A DNA stretch of 64,000 nucleotides, from NCBI RefSeq assembly GCF_006345805.1, contig NC_043017.1, positions 16,430,001-16,494,000 on the forward strand, in the 5' to 3' direction. A program made the translations under genes and the position numbers. How positions within the stretch are numbered: position 1 is the first letter of the stretch; each line of letters begins with the position of its first letter. The notes under the pieces were generated by a model, which was not told the origin of the DNA, searched no databases, and worked only from the letters and a program-made list of their open reading frames with translations. The DNA is from Octopus sinensis (Eukaryota). Positions 61,358 through 64,000 of the stretch are shown one piece after another.

Positions 61358-61856
61358 ATTTACTTTTGACGGATAATGTAAATAATGTAAATAATGTACA
61401 CAATTCCTCATCTCTTAAATGTAGAACTGTATTAAGAAAATAGAAGGAAAGGAATTTCCTACTCAGAACAATAAGTTAGCGCTCAGTAAATAGAGCTAAG
61501 GGAATATAGTGCAATGTAGAGAAATGTGGGTTTCAATGAAAAGGCAACTTTCGAGATATTGATAACCAAAAACCAGATTATTTCCTCAATATACTTTTCG
61601 AAAGACACAATTCATCATAGAAAATATAGAGCATATAAATACAAAATATCTATAATATAAATTGGACATTGGCGATCGTTGTATTCTTTCTTGTCTTGAG
61701 GTTCACAGCCAAACTCCTGAGTGGATTCGCGTGACAAATGGCACACATGTACATTTTATTTTATTTTTTATAAAATTATTAATCATTAAATATTATATAC
61801 ATATCTTGTCCCATTTTGTATATATATATATATATTATATATATATATTATATATA

Positions 61857-61925
<69 letters not shown>

Positions 61926-61996
61926 GTGACCGCGTGTGTACCGTTGGCGATTTTTTTCCTCCGTCTTCTCTTCTTTGGATCTTTCCTTTTCCTATT

Positions 61997-62029
61997 TTTC
62001 CGACGAAGAGCTCTGCTCGAAACGTTAAA
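61997..62029 (+). ncRNA. Degenerate minimal hammerhead (U4C) in a Penelope-terminus-like repeat (about 61925-62135)
   Basis: TTT-CCGACGA-A-GAGC-TCT-GCTC-GAAA-CG-TT-AAA, with the palindromic AACGTT stem III. Confidence 0.5.
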
Positions 62030-62129
62030 CCCTCCTTCTTTCCTTCCTTCCTGAGCTTCCAATAATACTATATTTGTTCCACGTCCTCGCGTTGTGTTTT
62101 CTCTTTGTGTTTTCATGTTTGGATTAACT

Positions 62130-62192
<63 letters not shown>

Positions 62193-62361
62193 TGCAAATA
62201 AAAAAAGGCTATTTATGACAGGTAACGACAAATATATACATTTAGATTGACTGAGGTAGTAATACGAGTCATAAAAGTCATTATTATGAGATGATTATAA
62301 GGTGATAATAAAGTAAGAGAACAAAACGGACCATGGTTTACATGAAGCTATTCATCCTTTG

Positions 62362-62431
<70 letters not shown>

Positions 62432-63177
62432 CGGCGTACGTACACTTTGGTCTCTTATATGTAAGTATATATTTATCTAAATCTTGTACGACTCTATTCT
62501 TTTATTCTTTCCTTCGTTCTATCAGCCCTTTCACGTTTATTTCTTTCATTCCACACATCGTTCTTTCGTTTCCCCTCTCTCACATTTCATTGCCTTCTCT
62601 TCATGCTCACTTTCCCTCCGATTTTCACTTCACTGTGTCCCTGTCACTTTTCTCACCCTTCCTTATTTCTTCTCTACCTCTCTCTCTTCTCTCCCCGCAT
62701 GACCGGTGTTCGGCCAAGCCTGACCTTTCTTTCTTCGTTCGGCCGTTGTCTGTGAAACATCTATAGTCTCCCCTGTGCCTGTAAAATCTTGTATCCCTAC
62801 CGTAAGGCTTTACTTCCACACACGCCAGCTTAATTTAATTTGTCCTTAGTCGAAAGACACCTGTTGTTATGTCCTGTTATCTGTATTTGTGTAACTTTCT
62901 CCGTTTTTTTCCGCCCTTGTTTTCATATACATTCGCTGCTTTCTTCCAAGAATCTAATGCTCTTAGCTTAATTTTTCCTTGGGGTTAGCCAGATTGGAAC
63001 AATCTAGAGTATAACCAGCCGAAATTGCAACGATAATCTGGAACTCGACTGAGGAAAGAAAACTCCGAATGATCCGTCCTTGTGTTTTTTCTATCATCTG
63101 TCTGGATGTTTTGTTGCCCCTTTCTTGTATCACCTAACTGTCTGGATGTTTTGCGTTCTTGTCCCATTTTGTATTTA

Positions 63178-63219
<42 letters not shown>

Positions 63220-64000
63220 GTGTGTGTGTGTGTCTGTGTATGAATATAGGCGCAGGAGTGGCTGTGTGATAAGTAGTTTGCTTATAAACCACATGGTTCC
63301 GGGTTCAGTCCCAATGTATGGTATTTTGAGCAAATGTCTTCTATAGTCTCGGGTCGGCCAAAGCCTTGTGAGTGGGTTGGTAGAAGGAAACTGAAAGAAG
63401 CTGAAAGACCTCGTCCAATATTCGCGGTTTTGCACTATTTGCGGGTGCTCTAGGAACGTAAACCCCGCAAATACCGGGAGACTACTGTATTAGTTAGTTC
63501 AAGCGCATGCAGCAGAGATCTATCAGGCAGGTGGCTGCGTAATGATGCGTGTGTGCATACAGCTCTTCGTTGCAAGTCACTTGCCCAAGGTGCCACAAAG
63601 TGAGATCTATGAGGTTGGGACGGATGTAAGCTTTTTCATTCTTCCTGGGCGTCAAACTAATACACCTGCTTGATCTCTTACCTGTCTTGGTTTTTTTTTT
63701 TTTGCTTTCTGAAAATTTGAACTATATATTACATACACCCACGTGGTTACACCAGTTTGATCCTCCCTAACTGAACTTCCTCCTCTCCTGGACTCTCATC
63801 TCTCTTACCTTCTCCTTGAACTTTCGGTACTTCTTCCCATCCATCCAACCATCACTCCGCCCGGACTACTATTGGATCTTTGTATTTTTCGGACTCTACC
63901 TCTATGCAGCTCATGGCCTCCATTCGCCACCAATATTGTAATATCTTTTCCTATATGGACCACACACAAACACTCACTCATATGCATACAAAGACATATA

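Noticed and set aside
62359-63182. Ser/Leu/Phe-rich ORFs as a gene
   Set aside because: Pyrimidine-rich, repeat-like sequence with no recognisable domain.

Overview
AT-rich, microsatellite- and transposon-dense eukaryotic DNA, most likely from an octopus. That assignment is inferred from repeat-family style and composition, not proven. The window holds one host gene, a minus-strand KCNQ1 (Kv7.1)-type voltage-gated K+ channel. I reconstructed 12 coding exons by hand (47643-47983/47998, 38472-38562, 35882-36008, 34153-34231, 30453-30549, 28666-28794, 25787-25897, 17827-17922, 15885-16110, 11085-11208, 5313-5388, 1141-1235). They have GT-AG boundaries and consistent phases, giving about 530 in-frame codons, and the gene continues past position 1. 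Most exon sizes match human KCNQ1 as I recall them. Introns and upstream DNA contain several tRNA-derived SINE families, RTE, R4/Dong, CR1, Tx1-like and Penelope retroelement fragments, hAT, mariner, MULE, Chapaev3-like and Helitron relics, palindromic MITEs, a minisatellite and an 878-bp tandem duplication. Most notable observations: (1) a tRNA-headed SINE carrying a minimal Penelope-type hammerhead ribozyme motif, in sense orientation inside a KCNQ1 intron, plus other hammerhead relics; (2) an unusual pore signature TVMTIGYGD; (3) many long inverted repeats that would form dsRNA in the pre-mRNA, some bracketing an in-frame 522-nt exon block; (4) an RTE LINE ending in three C2H2 fingers; (5) retroelements repeatedly found inside microsatellites. 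None of these was checked computationally.
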